This document shows, one piece after another, positions 23,180-36,624 of a stretch of 64,000 nt of DNA. Source of the DNA: Nemertoderma westbladi (taxonomy: Eukaryota > Animalia > Xenacoelomorpha); NCBI GenBank assembly GCA_032718475.1, contig JAUCBJ010009108.1, forward strand, positions 62,001 through 126,000. Direction: 5' to 3'. The notes below the pieces were generated by a model, which had not been told where the DNA came from, did not search any database, and saw nothing but the letters and a program-made list of their open reading frames with translations. A program made the translations under genes and the position numbers. The first letter of the stretch is position 1, and each line of letters starts with the position of its first letter.

Positions 23180-23850
23180 ATATTGACACAGTGTACAGTA
23201 TAATATTGACACAGTACAGTGTAATATTGACGCAGTACAGTTTAAATATTGACACAGTACAGTACAGTATAATATTGACACAGTACAGTTTAAATATTGA
23301 CACAGTACAGTTTAAATATTGACACAGAACAGTTTAAATATTGACACAGTACAGTATAATATTGACACAGTTCAATATAATATTGACACAGTACAGTATA
23401 ATATTGACACAGTTCAATATAATATTGATACAGTACAGTATAATATTGACACAGTACAGTATAATATTGACACAGTACAGTATAATATTGACACAGTACA
23501 GTTTAAATATTGACACAGTACAGTATAATATTGACACAGTACAGTTTAAATATTGACACAGTACAGTTTAAATATTGACACAGTACAGTTTAAATATTGA
23601 CACAGTACAGTATAATATTGACACAGTACAGTTTAAATATTGACACAGTACAGTTTAAATATTGACACAGTACAGTTTAAATATTGACATAGTACAGTAT
23701 AATATTGACACAGTACAGTTTAAATATTGACACAGTACAGTTTAAATATTGACACAGTACAGTTTAAATATTGACACAGTACAGTTTAAATATTGACACA
23801 GTACAGTATAATATTGACACAGTACAGTTTAAATATTGACACAATATAAA
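23180..23850 (+). repeat. 21/22-bp tandem array ATTGACACAGTACAGT(ATAAT/TTAAAT)
   Basis: Directly visible; related arrays at 20240-20430 and 22505-22593, and inverted at 28565-28810 and 29520-30020. Confidence 0.93.
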
Positions 23851-23912
23851 TGACTATTCAAATTTCCCTCCGCGCACATCCCTTTTGATTGGATAGAAAG
23901 TGGGATGTTGTA

Positions 23913-26621
23913 CAGTCCCAATCCCAATAAACATTAACTTGGTCGTTTTGGCGGCCAAAATGACCAAAATCGCCAAAAAAATGTAGTGTATTCCTATGGG
24001 CTACTTGGTCGTTTTGGCGAAGCGATTTAACTCGACTCAGTCAAGTCCAGACAGCCCGTCTCCTTGGACATCCATTTGGTTGCTCTGACTAAATGTCGGC
24101 TCTCTTTCATTTTTATTATTGACAGATTGTTAACTTACCTGGAGCTGAGTCGGGCCTTTCAGTTGTAGTAAAGACCACCCACTGAGGCATACAGCACAGG
24201 CTAATACGTAATAAGGGAGTTAGTTGAATGCGGCTTTGTTAAAAGGAGGAGTATGTATAATAATCGGATTTTGTGTGTTATTATTAGATAATCACTTCTC
24301 ACCTTTTCCTTTGTGTAGCTTCAGTTTAGAGTCATTATGAAATGGCAACGTGTTCTGTATGAAGGCGTCCTAATTATAGTTTTATAGTTAGAAGCTGGGT
24401 CTGTGACAGGGCGAGAGGTAGCTATTAAATAGCGACACTCAGTCTCGAACGAGTTCGGTATACTGATGAAATTCAGATTAGACGGCGCGGCCTATTTCTA
24501 GTAGCTGGGTCTGAATTCGAGGGCGGCGGCGATAGTAACTGAAAACATTATAATATCAGGCTCTGGCTCTGTGCTAACAGTCAACAGAGTCGGCATATTT
24601 GGGTGAATTTATGATGATGTAATTATTATTTATCGAGACAGGGGGGGGGGGGGGGGGGGACTGGACGCAAAACTCGCCTTGGCGAATTAATATCCCGCCT
24701 CAATGTTAAATTCTCAATTTAGGGAAAGGAGCAGGTTATAGTGGCACGTTATTTTAACCAAAACAATAAATTAAACATAAATGAACATTACAGTTTTATT
24801 TTTGAGAGTAATCATCTGTTATTTACGTCAAATCTCCCCTGGAGAGTGATGAATTTTTATTGCGTCCAGTCCCTTACTGTATTTATGAGAGCATTTATAA
24901 TATAGCGTACTAAACAGCTAAATAAAGAAAAATCTATGTAAAGTACTTTTCTCATATTTTAAAGAATTTTTACAAATTAAATATATGAACTTGTTATTTT
25001 TATTACCAATTGAATAGAATTAAAGTAAATAATTAATTATTACGCTGCAAGTGCTAGCACACTGCTTATAACCTAAGTGACAGGTAAAGGTGTGTCAATT
25101 ATTAGATTACTAAAAAATATGTAGAAAATAATAAGTTAGGGCGGGCGCCTCACACAGCACTCTTACAGGCATGTTTACTACAGTGGCGAGCCCAGCCATT
25201 ACTACACTGGAGCCTTTCTCTCTACCTAAAGGTATAGAGAACTCTACATCAGCGCCAACATGCTGGGCTTTACTTGGTATACAGACGTTTCGGCCTAGGA
25301 CGTTTCGGTCCAGGACGTTTCGGCCCGGACATTTCGGCCCGGACGATTCGGCCCGGACGTTTCGGCCCATGACTGTAACTTAATGAAAAGGCCAACTTGT
25401 TTGATATGATAATAATTATTCATTAAAATTATAATTATTTCACAATAACATACAAACACTTAATAAAATATCTTTCATGAAATGGCTATTTAATTTTATC
25501 TTTATTTCAAAATAAAATAAACATTAGGGAAGTGGTGTTCTGGTTACTGGTTCCATAGACAATTCGCCATCAGTTATGTTATGCGGCCGAAAAAATGCAA
25601 GTCAGAACAAATCTATTGGTCTCGAGTACCACATTGCTAATCCTAATATACAGTACTACCAAAGTGAATCAATTTCACGACCCATGTAGAGCTTATATCT
25701 CGTCTGATCGATATATTTTGGAGATACTTCATTAACTTTAAACATTACTCAATTGATAATTCTTGTAGCTGGACAGTGTATTGCAGCTATGTCTTAATGA
25801 TCTGTTGAAACAATAACTCTCATCTTCGATGATAGTGATAGATGATTTTGATTTATACTGATAGATAGATAACGACGTATAATGCTTTTATTAATACATA
25901 TGCTTTTAATACATATTTTATTTCACTTCACATCCACTCTGGTCCTTTTAATGCGCATACATTTCATCTAAATTTAAATTTAATACGCATACATTTCATC
26001 TAAATTTAAATTTAATACGCATATATTTCATCTAAATTTAAATTTAATACGCATATATTTTATCTCATTCCATATGACATCCTGTCTGTCTCTTAATTAT
26101 TAGCAATGCTCCTATAATGAAATATTTCTTATCTATTATATTTTTAAGACCAACATTAAAATACAGTAATAATTTTAATTCGGTTTATTTTAATGTACTT
26201 AATTTATTGACTCACATTTTAAAATACGTATGTTTTTTTATGGGGGAAACCCCATCATCATAATACGTTCCTACTGACAACTCCTCTTGTAACGAACGTA
26301 ACAACTACAAAACAAATATATTGAATAACTTATTTATTATTAATAGCTTATTTAAGGGAGTAAAGTGAATCTTTGGGCCAAAACGTCCGACAAGCAAATC
26401 TTGTATTTCATTCATTGGGCCGAAACGTCCTAGGCCAAAACGTCTTAGACCGAAACGTCTGTTACCCGCTTTACTTACACTCAGCATCTATTCACTGGCT
26501 GTGATTGACAAGCCAACGTGCCTCAGCAGTTCCTTTCATGAATACCGCAGTTTTTACTTGGCCATTTTGGTAATTTTGGCCGCCAAAATGACCAAGTTAA
26601 TGTTTATTGGGATTGGGACTG
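23913..26621. mobile_element. Non-autonomous Tc1/mariner-like element, copy 1, interrupted
   Basis: TIR CAGTCCCAATCCCAATAAACATTAACTTGG, TA TSD; uninterrupted copy at 43470-44996. Confidence 0.85.
25276..26467. mobile_element. Non-autonomous MULE-like element with GGACGTTTCGGCCC subrepeat TIRs
   Basis: 9-bp TSD GCTTTACTT; the empty site is visible in the second host copy at about 44843. Confidence 0.88.
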
Positions 26622-26710
26622 TACCAGTGTACAGCAGTATTACTATACTAAATTAGGCCTACTGTCTGACTGTGAACAGACTGTTAGCAAGATACATAGA
26701 TATATGACAT

Positions 26711-27720
26711 ATGGATGACCTGTCGGCGTCTGTAGTTAGTGGATCTGAGCTCTTTCTGCGAGATTTAGAGAAAGTTCTTGAGTCATGTTTACGCTTTGCG
26801 AGGGACAATTCACACGAAATACATGGACAATATACACACGCCGGTTGTAAGTTGGTGTATGGAATCCTAAAGGCGACGGGGATCAAAGTACAGATGAATA
26901 GAGTTCACAGAATTCTAACTGAAGTTGACCCTGTTTTATCTTCTCAACGATGGGGCGCCCTCGTCACCCGAAGGAAATACTTTGTTCCTGGGGCAAATTC
27001 TCTGTGGCATATAGATGGACATCACAGTTTGATAAGGTTGGTTTGCTTTTTTGTAAGCATTTAAATTAGGCCCAATCCTAAATATCTTATACAATAAACA
27101 ATAATTATACTGATTGATGATACAGATTTTCAGTTTGGATAGTGAAAATCCCTTTGCAAAATGGTGGTGAGTGGGATTTGAACACGGAACTTGGCTTAAT
27201 AGTCATCAACCAATTAAGCTACCGGTATATTACTGTATACAGTAGTGTTTTACAGTTCATAACTATACAGTATTTATTTATATTGGTCTTAGATTATATT
27301 TATTTTATATTTTAATTGTTATACAGATGGGGTATTATTATTCATGGAGGAGTTGATGGATACTCTCGGTCGATAGTATATCTACGAGCCAGTTCAAATA
27401 ACCGTGCAGAGACTGTGTTTACGTCCTTCATCGAAGCAATCAATTTGTTTGGATTTCCATCAAGAGTTCGTGGTGACAAAGGTGGCGGCGAAAATCGCCG
27501 AGTCGCTGATTGGATGATCGAATACTAAGGAACAGATAGAGGAAGCTATATTGCTGGCCGGAGCACCCATAACCAGCGTATAGAGCGGCTATGGCGGGAT
27601 GTATTTAGAGTATATAGTATGTCATTTATACTACAATTTATTTTACTTCTTAGAGCAAAACTCATTACTTAATTTTGATAACAATAATTTTGATTTACAT
27701 TGTTACACTGTTAATCATAC
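26711..27720 (+). pseudogene. Integrase-core (DDE) transposase pseudogene with one intron at 27037-27326
   Basis: Exon 1 ...GANSLWHIDGHHSLIR joins in phase across GT..AG to WGIIIHGGVDGYSR...PSRVRGDKGGGEN...[16 protein letters not shown]; stop at 27526 and frameshift near 27610. Confidence 0.88.
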
Positions 27721-29101
27721 TCTAAGTTATTGGCTGTATACACTTGGATCTCAGTCACAACTGGCGCTACGAGAGACTTGATCCCATGCCGAATTTCAAG
27801 TCCATCTTGCTACCCAAACATTGAAACTAAGATCGATTATTTTTTAATTATATTCGGTACGGATCATGACTTCGCGCAGCACGAGCTAATATACAAATGA
27901 CACAGACATTATAATGTAGCTATGAAAAAACACTAAAACAATCTATGAGTCTATTAATATTTTCAATGTTCAGGAGTAAGTACCAGTACTCAGTCATATT
28001 CTCCCAAATCCTGCGCCAGATTCGAAATATGAATTAATAAACTGTTGTTTCATTCCGTCCTCTGAGATTATATGGCGTGGGATTATAAGTTGTTTGGCGC
28101 AAGTGGAATATGTCAAACGACACCTGCAGCCATCACTATAACTACGATTTAAAGATTACGGTTAAGTTGGCTGTCATAACGGGACTAGTAGAGCCAAATA
28201 AGGAAGGCTACCAGCGGACCGATTCACGGTACTGCGGTATGGGTCATGGGTAGTGCTGTAGTGTTGTGTATGCGTGCCAGTCATTGCAGCATTGAGTCAT
28301 TATTTACAGTACAGCAGTGGGCCTACAGGAATGGAACCATGGAACTGCAGTAGGCCTTAGTACTGTTGTACAGCACTAAACTGCAGTACTGCTATAAGTA
28401 ATGAAGGTAGTAATGAATGGCGTGTAGTACCATGGCCTACGTAGTACATAGTAAGGAATTATGCCTGTACTGCTGTATGCTGTACTGCATACTCCTACAT
28501 TGTGGATTAAATCCAATAAAAAAAGTACATGTATGGAGAGGGAAATTTGAATTGTCATTTCATATTGTGTCAATTTTTAATAAACTACTGTGTCAATATT
28601 TAAACTGTACTGTGTCAATATTATACTGTACTGTGTCAATATATACTGTACCGTGTAAATATTTAAACTGTACTGTGTCAATTTATACTGTACTATGTCA
28701 ATATTTAAACAGTACTGTGTCAATTTTATACTGTACTGTGTCAATATTATATTGAACTGTGTCAATATTATATTGAACTGTGTCAATATTATATAGTGCT
28801 GTGTCAATATTTTGCAGTTTTTTTAAATATTGCAACACCCACTTCAAATATTGAATTTTGAGCCAGATATGTATGATGCCATATCTTATGTATTTATTGT
28901 ATGTATTATTAATTAGGGCCTGCCTACTGGCCTAGGCCTACTTTGTTATGAACTTTCAGTTTTTGTTAGCCAATCGCAATGTCATTTTCATGCACTGAGT
29001 GCGGAATGGTTTTCAAACGCAGTGGGTTTTATAAAAAACACCTGCGTTTGAAATTGAAACACCTTGATGTTACTCCTCCAACTCAAGAGTTAGTTGTTCA
29101 C

Positions 29102-29180
29102 ATGCCTGCATGCGACAAATGTGACCTCTCCTACAACCTGCAGCTTTAGTTTAAAGAGACATGTGATTGAGAAGCACCCC
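29102..29180 (+). pseudogene. C2H2 zinc finger remnant
   Basis: MPACDKCDLSYN../SLKRHVIEKHP with one frameshift. Confidence 0.45.
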
Positions 29181-30319
29181 TCAGTCAGTCCACTCCTCAG
29201 TCAGTACTACAGTACAGCAGTACTACTGTAAGAGTTGCAGGGTTTTTCTTATCGATTAACAGGGTGCCGATATTCCTAATTCTAACACGCTTGCTGTCAC
29301 AAGGCAGGCGTATGAACTAAGGTGGACATCTATTGGCTAATTTTATATAATGAGGTTATTTCTATCACCTGAGTGCTGATTTCTGAATTGTAGATTCAAC
29401 ATCTAAGCGCTAGTGATTTAGTTACAGCAATACTGCTGTATACACTAGTACAACATTCCACTTTATATCCAATCAAATGGGATGTGTGTGGGTAGAGGGA
29501 AATTTGAATTGTCATTTCATATTGTACTGTGTCAATATTTAAACTGTACTGTGCTAATATTATACTGTACTGTGTCAAACTGTCAATATTATTTTGTACT
29601 GTGTCAATATTATATTTTACTGTGTCAATATTTAAACTGAACTGTGTTAATATTATACTGTACTGTGTCAATATAATACTGTACTGTGTCAATATTATAT
29701 TGTATTGTGTCAAACTGTCAATATTATTTTGTACTGTGTCAATATTATATTTTACTGTGTCAATATTTAAACTGAACTGTGCTAATATTATACTGTACTG
29801 TGTCAAACTGTCAATATTATTTTGTACTGTGTCAATATTATATTTTACTGTGTCAATATTTAAACTGTACTGTGTTAATATTATACTGTACTGTGTCAAT
29901 ATAATACTGTACTGTGTCAATATTATATTGTATTGTGTCAAACTGTCAATATTATTTTGTACTGTGTCAATATTATATTTTACTGTGTCAATATTTAAAC
30001 TGAACTGTGTCAATATTTTGCAGTATTTTTAAATATTGCAACCCCACTTCAAATATTGAATTTTGGGCCAGATATGATGCCATTGCAAGCAAGCGGGTTG
30101 TAAATCGCGGATTGCACGCGGGTCGGTCGGTTGGTCGGTCGATGTGAATGTTGGTAGATGGAAATGTGGGAAGATGGGAATGTGGGAAGGTGGGTGGAAC
30201 GTAGGAAGATGGGAATTTGGGAAGATGGATGGGAATGCGGGAAGGTGATTGGGAATGTGGGAAGAGGGGTGGGAATGTAGGAAGTTGGGAATTACGTTAT
30301 TTTTACCTTCCATGGGGGG

Positions 30320-31240
30320 GAAAGGAGCAGGTTACAGAGGCGGGCTTTTCTAACCAAAACAATAAACGATATTGTTACCAATTGAGGGAAATGAGCAGGT
30401 TACAGAGGCGGGCTTTTCTAACCAAAACAATAAACGATATTGTTACCAATTGAAGGAAAGGAGCAGATTACAGAGGCGGGCTCTTCTAAACGAAAAAATA
30501 AACGATGTTGTTATCTACCAATTGAAGGAAAGGAGTAGATTACAGAGGCGGCTTTTCTAAACAAAACAATAAACGTTGGTTTTACCTACAAATTGAGATA
30601 AAGGAGCAGGTCACAGCACCGGGCATTTCTAACCAAAACAATAAACGTTATTGTGTTGTTATCTACCAATGAAGGAAAGGAGTAGGTTACAGAGGCAGGC
30701 TTTTCTAATCAAAACAATAAACGTTGTTGCTATCTACCAATTGAAGGAAAGGAGTAGGTTAAAGAGGCGGCTTTTCTAAACAAAACAATAAACATTGTTT
30801 TTACCTACCAATTGAGAGAAAGGAGCAGGTCACTGCAGCGGGCATTTCTAACCAAAACAATAAACGTTATTGTGTTGTTATCTACCAATTGAAGGAAATG
30901 AGTAGGTTACAGCACCGGGCATTTCTAACCAAAACAATAAACGTTATTGTGTTGTTATCTACCAATGAAGGAAAGGAGTAGGTTACAGAGGCAGGCTTTT
31001 CTAACCAAAACAATAAACGTTGTTGTTATCTACCAATTGAAGGAAAGGAGTAGGTTACAGAGGCGGATTTTCTAAACAAAACAATAAACATTGTTTTTAC
31101 CTACCAATTGAGAGAAAGGAGCAGGTCACAGCAGCGGGCATTTCTAACCAAAACAATAAACGTTTTTGTGTTGTTATCTACCAATTGAAGGAAAGGAGTA
31201 GGTTACAGCAGCGGGCTTTTCTAACCAAACAATAAACGTT
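30320..31240 (-). repeat. ~67-73-bp tandem satellite, same unit as 21236-21900 but opposite strand
   Basis: AAAGGAGCAGGTTACAGAGGCGGGCTTTTCTAACCAAAACAATAAACG units. Confidence 0.9.
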
Positions 31241-31244
31241 GTTA

Positions 31245-31990
31245 TTCCCAACTTCCCACATTCCCATCAACCTTCCCACCTTCCAATCTTCCTACATTCC
31301 CATGAACCTTCCCATTTTCCCACCCAGCCACCATCCCACATTCCCATCCACCTTCCCACATTCCCATCTTCCTACATTCCCACTCACCTTCCCACATTCC
31401 GATCCAACTTCCCATATTCCAACATTCCCATCCACCTTCCCATCTCCCCGCATTCCCACCCACCTTCCCATCTTCCTACATTCCCACCCACCTTCCCACA
31501 TTCCCATCCACCTTCCCATCTTCCCGCATTCCCACCCACATTCCCATCTTCCTACATTCCCATCCACCTTTCCACATTTCCTTCTTCCTACATTCCCATC
31601 CACCTTCCCATATTCACACATTCCCATCTTCCCACAATCCCACCCATCTTCCCACATCCCCATCTTCCTACATTCCCACCCACCTCCCCACATTCCAATG
31701 TTCCCATCCACCTTCCCACATTCCCTTCTTCCTACATTCACATCCACCTTCCCATATTCACACATTCCCATCTTCCCACAATCCCACCCAACTTCCCACA
31801 TCCCCATTTTCCTACATTCCCACCCACCTTCCCACATTCCAATGTTCCCATCCACCTTCCCGCATTCCCATCTTCCCACATCCCCATCCACCCACATTCC
31901 CATCCACCCACATTCCCATCCACCCACATTCCCACCCACCCACATTGCCACCCACCCACCTTCCCCCCTACCCACCCACCCGCCCGCCTT
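31245..31990 (+). repeat. C-rich low-complexity repeat (TTCCCACA / TTCCCATC); G-rich inverted counterpart at 30140-30290
   Basis: Direct inspection. Confidence 0.85.
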
Positions 31991-34089
31991 CTCACTCACC
32001 GTCCCACCGACTGATCAACAGACCATCCTCCTCAAAAAGAGGACTTCTCGCAGCACGTGAATACCAAAATACCCCATGTGAAGTTTCCCTGACTGTTAGG
32101 AAGATGGTCGAAAATACGAAGTTGCCTAATGATTGTGAATGGGTCAAATTCCTTTTCGATGTTTTTTTTTCGCTGGGAAAGGGAATCCTGGGAAACTTCA
32201 CATGGGCGCCATTCAGACAATACACTCACTATATGAGGGTACTAAAAACAACACAATTTATAATTTATTGACCGGATAGTTTCGGAGCCTTTCGTGTGAC
32301 AATCAGTCAGACAGACACGATTTTCTTACAATTTACAGTAAGCAAATCTGAAGATTTACAAATTAAGATTGTAGAATGTATTGTGTATGCGAAATACATA
32401 CTAAATTTACCAATTTACAAACATACCAATTTTGAGTGAATCCATTCCCAGAAAAAAATTATTGAGACATGTAACGGCGACTGTTGGGAGAGTATAATTA
32501 ATTTTGTAAATAATCATGGAATTTTTAGCAACTTATTGGGCGAGAAGTGACCTATTGGGGAAATGACTTATTGGGAAAGTGACTCATTTTTAGTTTTAGA
32601 TACATTTGTATTGGGCGTGTGACTGCACCCCTGGCCCTGGCCGGGCCGGTATCTTACTATAGTAGATGACCAACCCCATTGTTTGTAAAGGATAATCTGT
32701 ACAGAGAGATCACTGGAGATCTAATAATAGATTGAGACTTAGCTCTGGATAGGCTAAGTAAGGGGCCCCTCCAACAATAGCGCAATTCATCCTGCGAAGA
32801 AAGGATTTGCTATTTCTATACTGTAGTTATATTTAGCGGGTTAAGATCCTAATTAGCTTAGAAGGCAATGCGATGGACTGTTTGGCAACATTTATTTTCT
32901 GTATATTATTATGATGTATTTATTTCTTCGATGTCTTCTTACCCAGCAAAAAAAATAAAACCCTTGCGCCAACTTATTAAACCATCATTAATGATACTAC
33001 TGTATATTGAGATTCCTTGGGATTTTTATAATAATAAAGAAGCGCGCGATAAGTAGTAGGGAATGCAGTAGTATTAGAAAGTGAAAGTGGAAAATTAAAC
33101 ATCTAAACATTATTTTTAGGTCTTCCGAATTTAGTTGAGACTAATCAATTATATTTCTACAACACGTAAATCGTGAATGTTGGGTGAGATTGGTTTTAGT
33201 AAATGATTGATATTTTAGACAGCCCAGGGCTATCTTTGGGTGTTTTTTTTGTACATGTCTAACAAACAAGACTTTTCCCTTCATTGTATCAAAGGATGTT
33301 TGAGTTTGGCCTGTAGGCAAAGCAGCAGGCAGCCTTCATCCTGTGCTATATCTGAGCTATCAAGGCTGCTGCTGCTGGCAGTGTATTGTATTCTGCAGGT
33401 TAGAGCAAGGAAAGGGAAATTGAATGTTTACTACTGTGCCTTCTGTTGGTGTTGACTTGCTGATGCTGCATTATTATGTAGGCCTAGGGTTATGTGGATT
33501 GCCTGGGGCGTCCTAGCTGTTGATGTGTCAGTTTAATTTCCGTGATGAATAAGGAATTAAACCCAATGTTTTGTTTATGTTTTCTGTGTTTACGAATCAG
33601 TAATATTGGTTTACACCGTATTATTTGAGTGAATCGACAGGCTACGAATTGTTCTATGTTTGTATACAATAAGTTTGTTATTTTTATGTACAAGTACTAT
33701 AGTAGTCACTGAAACTTTTATGTTCATTTTACTTAATTATAAAATCTGTTTCGTTTATTGGTATAACCAATTGTATTGATATTGGTATTTATTGGCATTT
33801 ATTATTTATTTAAAACCGCCACTCGATTCCTTTTCCTTAAATTACGAAATATAGTTTCGTTTATTGTTTTGATAAGAAAATAATTATCCTTAATTAGGAA
33901 ATATAGTACCGTTTATTATTACTGGTTTAGTAACAATTATGTTTATAATTTCCTATAAAATACTAAATCGTAGAGTTTCTGCTAATAATTTACATAAATA
34001 GTATAATTATAATTAATCGCAAACACACGATCAGGGCCATTCCCATGAGCGACCCGTTGAAACTATTCTGCCTCCTTCTTACAAAGCAA

Positions 34090-34195
34090 AAGTGATTGGC
34101 TATTGGATAGATTAAAACCCCCTTTCATTGGTCGGTACAAACGTACCGGTATAATGCCACTTCTATTCAGGGCTTGATAAATAAATAAGGACTAG
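34090..34195 (+). promoter_or_regulatory. Candidate Pol II promoter (reverse CCAAT boxes and TATA-like element)
   Basis: GATTGGCTATTGG at about 34093, CATTGG at about 34126, GATAAATAAATAA at about 34177, upstream of ATG 34337. Confidence 0.35.
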
Positions 34196-34336
34196 AAAGA
34201 TAGTTTGACCATCAATCGATTTAACGGACCGGTAGATTAATGTAGTAGTCAAACACGTTATTAATTATTCGCGTTTTGAGTTGCGATATCTTGTTTCTTA
34301 AAACGTAAACATTTTTAGTATCAATAAAAATAGTCA

Positions 34337-36624
34337 ATGGCAAATATATTTAGATGTTCAGATCTTCCAGATTGCCGAGCACTCAAGGATAATATAACTA
34401 GCGGTTATTGGTCGCGGAAACTTTGTGCAATGTTTAAGACATTCGACAAGTTGATAAAATTATCAATGCATGGAGTTAGTAAGAACTTTAGAAAGACGGT
34501 ATTTTTAGATCGTTTCCTATTATTGCTTACAAATCAACGGTTGTTTAATTCAAATGACGTAGTGGATATGGCTATTGTTGAAAGTTACTACAAAGAAGAC
34601 GTTCCAGGATGGAAGGACTCCAAGTTACCAGATGCTACAGATATCCCAAAGAAAAGGGGAAGAAGGAAACGTGAGACTGCGCTAAATACTCCTCCTACTA
34701 AGAAAATATGCACATCTGTTGCGAATAGTTCCAATTCGAATAATTCTGCTCCTCCGGTTGAACACTTCGAGCTGATCAATAGAAGAACGGCTCAACAACA
34801 TTATCAGAATGTGTATCTAGACCAACATCAACGAAACTTCTTGCTTCGTTATCGACAGCTGCAAATGGCCGGGCTACAAGAAAACTCTATACAGCAAACG
34901 CTTCATGTTCCTCATCAACAGCTGATATCGCAGCAAGGGCCACTTCAACATTATGAAATCCCTCAGCCTCAGCCACATATTTTCCGACCACAGCATGGCC
35001 TGCAACCGACCCAACATCAGCCCCAACAAGTAATAGGCCTATTCCATACCAAAACCATCATTTTCAAAAGTGTAATCTGTCAGATAGTTTTCACGAGCCT
35101 TTACAAGGCCAAAGACTTACACATTTCAATCAACAATCCCCAAGTTCTTTGACACAACGACAAATGCCACAAGCGCAATTTCCACAACCACAATTTCCAC
35201 AACCACAATCGCTACAGCCACAATTGCCACAACCACAACAATCGCTACAGCCACAATTTCCACAACCACAATCGCTACAGCCACAATTGCCACAACCACA
35301 ACAATCGCTACAGCCACAATTGCCACAACCACAATCGCTACAACTACAATTTACACCATCGTTGTGGGAAGATCTGAATCCTTATTCGGCATTTTCTATA
35401 AGAGATAATATGTCCGTAATTAACATACAAGGGTTGGAGAAAGAAGATGTCACACCAAAGGAGTCGGAGAATAATTCAATCAATGAAGCAGCATGCATCA
35501 AGGTTGATGAAGAAGGTCATCATCGTGAAGGCGAGCAAAGAAGAAGACAAAAACTTAATACTGAACCAGTTACGACATGTAGTAACTCAATCTTAGAAAC
35601 AGTTAGCATTAAAAAAGAATTACCTAATGATATCATGGATTTCTTTCACGATGTATCAAATAATGAAATTGATGTTGATGTACTTATTCAGTATTCCTTA
35701 GAGGAAAAAGAGTTAGTTGATGAAAATATATTTGAAATTGAACATAAACTAGAGGAAGTTAGAGAAACTAGAGTTAAAGAAGAAAGTATTGGCGAGGCTG
35801 CAAATTCCAATGTGTGTAGTCCTGTGGGCTTACATGTTGAGAATTATCTTATTGATTCAACAATGGCCAATGAAGGTAACACTGGTGTTGTTAATAGTGA
35901 TGATAAATATCGTGATGATAACGAAGTCGATATTATATATGAATATAGGCCTATATCAAGTGAAGAAGAAGACGTGAAACCTAAACTAACTTCTATGTAT
36001 AGTGGTATCAATAATAGCGTAACAGATGACATTGGTGTTGATGGAGTTAATTGTCAAGAAAAAATCAATAGTATTCATACACCCAATTATCTACCGAATG
36101 TGTCAGATACAAACTTAGAAACTGATACTAAGAGGAGGAGCAAACAGATTGAAAAGCGTTATATGAAAGGAACAACGGGTCGCCGTCTAAACGAAATTAA
36201 GTATAAAATTGACGAAATTGATGGGAAATTAGATAGTTTATTGTGCGAAGTTATTTACGATAGGAAAAATGAAACAAAACAGGGTGATAATCAGAATAAG
36301 GAAATGTCATTTTCAGAAGGCAGTTCTAATATTTTGGCCACAAAATGGCCCCTCACTTTACAGAAAATCGACAAGCCATCTGCGAAGAGTTATCGTTGTT
36401 GCGCTCCACCTGATCGTAATGGAATGACTCTGGAGAAATCAACATGTAAAACGGAACAAACCATCATAAATGCTGACAAATTTTGTCCATGGCCATCCAG
36501 TCTACAAATAATAGATTTTCCCGAAGCAATAAAAAATGTTAAATATCAAGAGTCTCCGTTCCATAGACTACGTTCGAATCCTTGTTTAATCCCGTTAATA
36601 GTCGACTGTGTGTGTAATGTGTAA
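34337..36624 (+). CDS. Intronless ~760-aa Gln/Pro-rich and acidic protein of unknown function, with one apparent frameshift near 35028
   Basis: Two overlapping long ORFs in AT-rich DNA; the second frame is already open from about 35030. NLS-like PKKRGRRKR and PQPQSLQ repeats; no family recognised. Confidence 0.6.

Larger units (their letters stand above)
22436..28883 (+). mobile_element. Inner IS3EU-like DNA transposon
   Basis: Termini TATGGCATCATA / TATGATGCCATA, 7-bp TSD TCTTATG, TIRs with 21-bp arrays, internal integrase-core transposase. Superfamily is inferred from TAY..RTA ends and transposase motifs. Confidence 0.72.
20175..30084. mobile_element. Outer IS3EU-like TIR element with long TIRs containing 21-bp repeats
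   Basis: 20175-20705 is an inverted match to 29330-30084, including the CGCTTAGATGTTGAAT..ACAATTCAGA block; no TSD found. Confidence 0.6.

Noticed and set aside
27160-27225. tRNA gene in the transposase intron (similar remnant at 61742-61810)
   Set aside because: Only box A/B-like traces on the minus strand; no cloverleaf can be formed.
29396-32060. Long ORFs such as 29396-30013, 31239-32060 and 31292-31999
   Set aside because: They are translations of tandem or low-complexity repeats.
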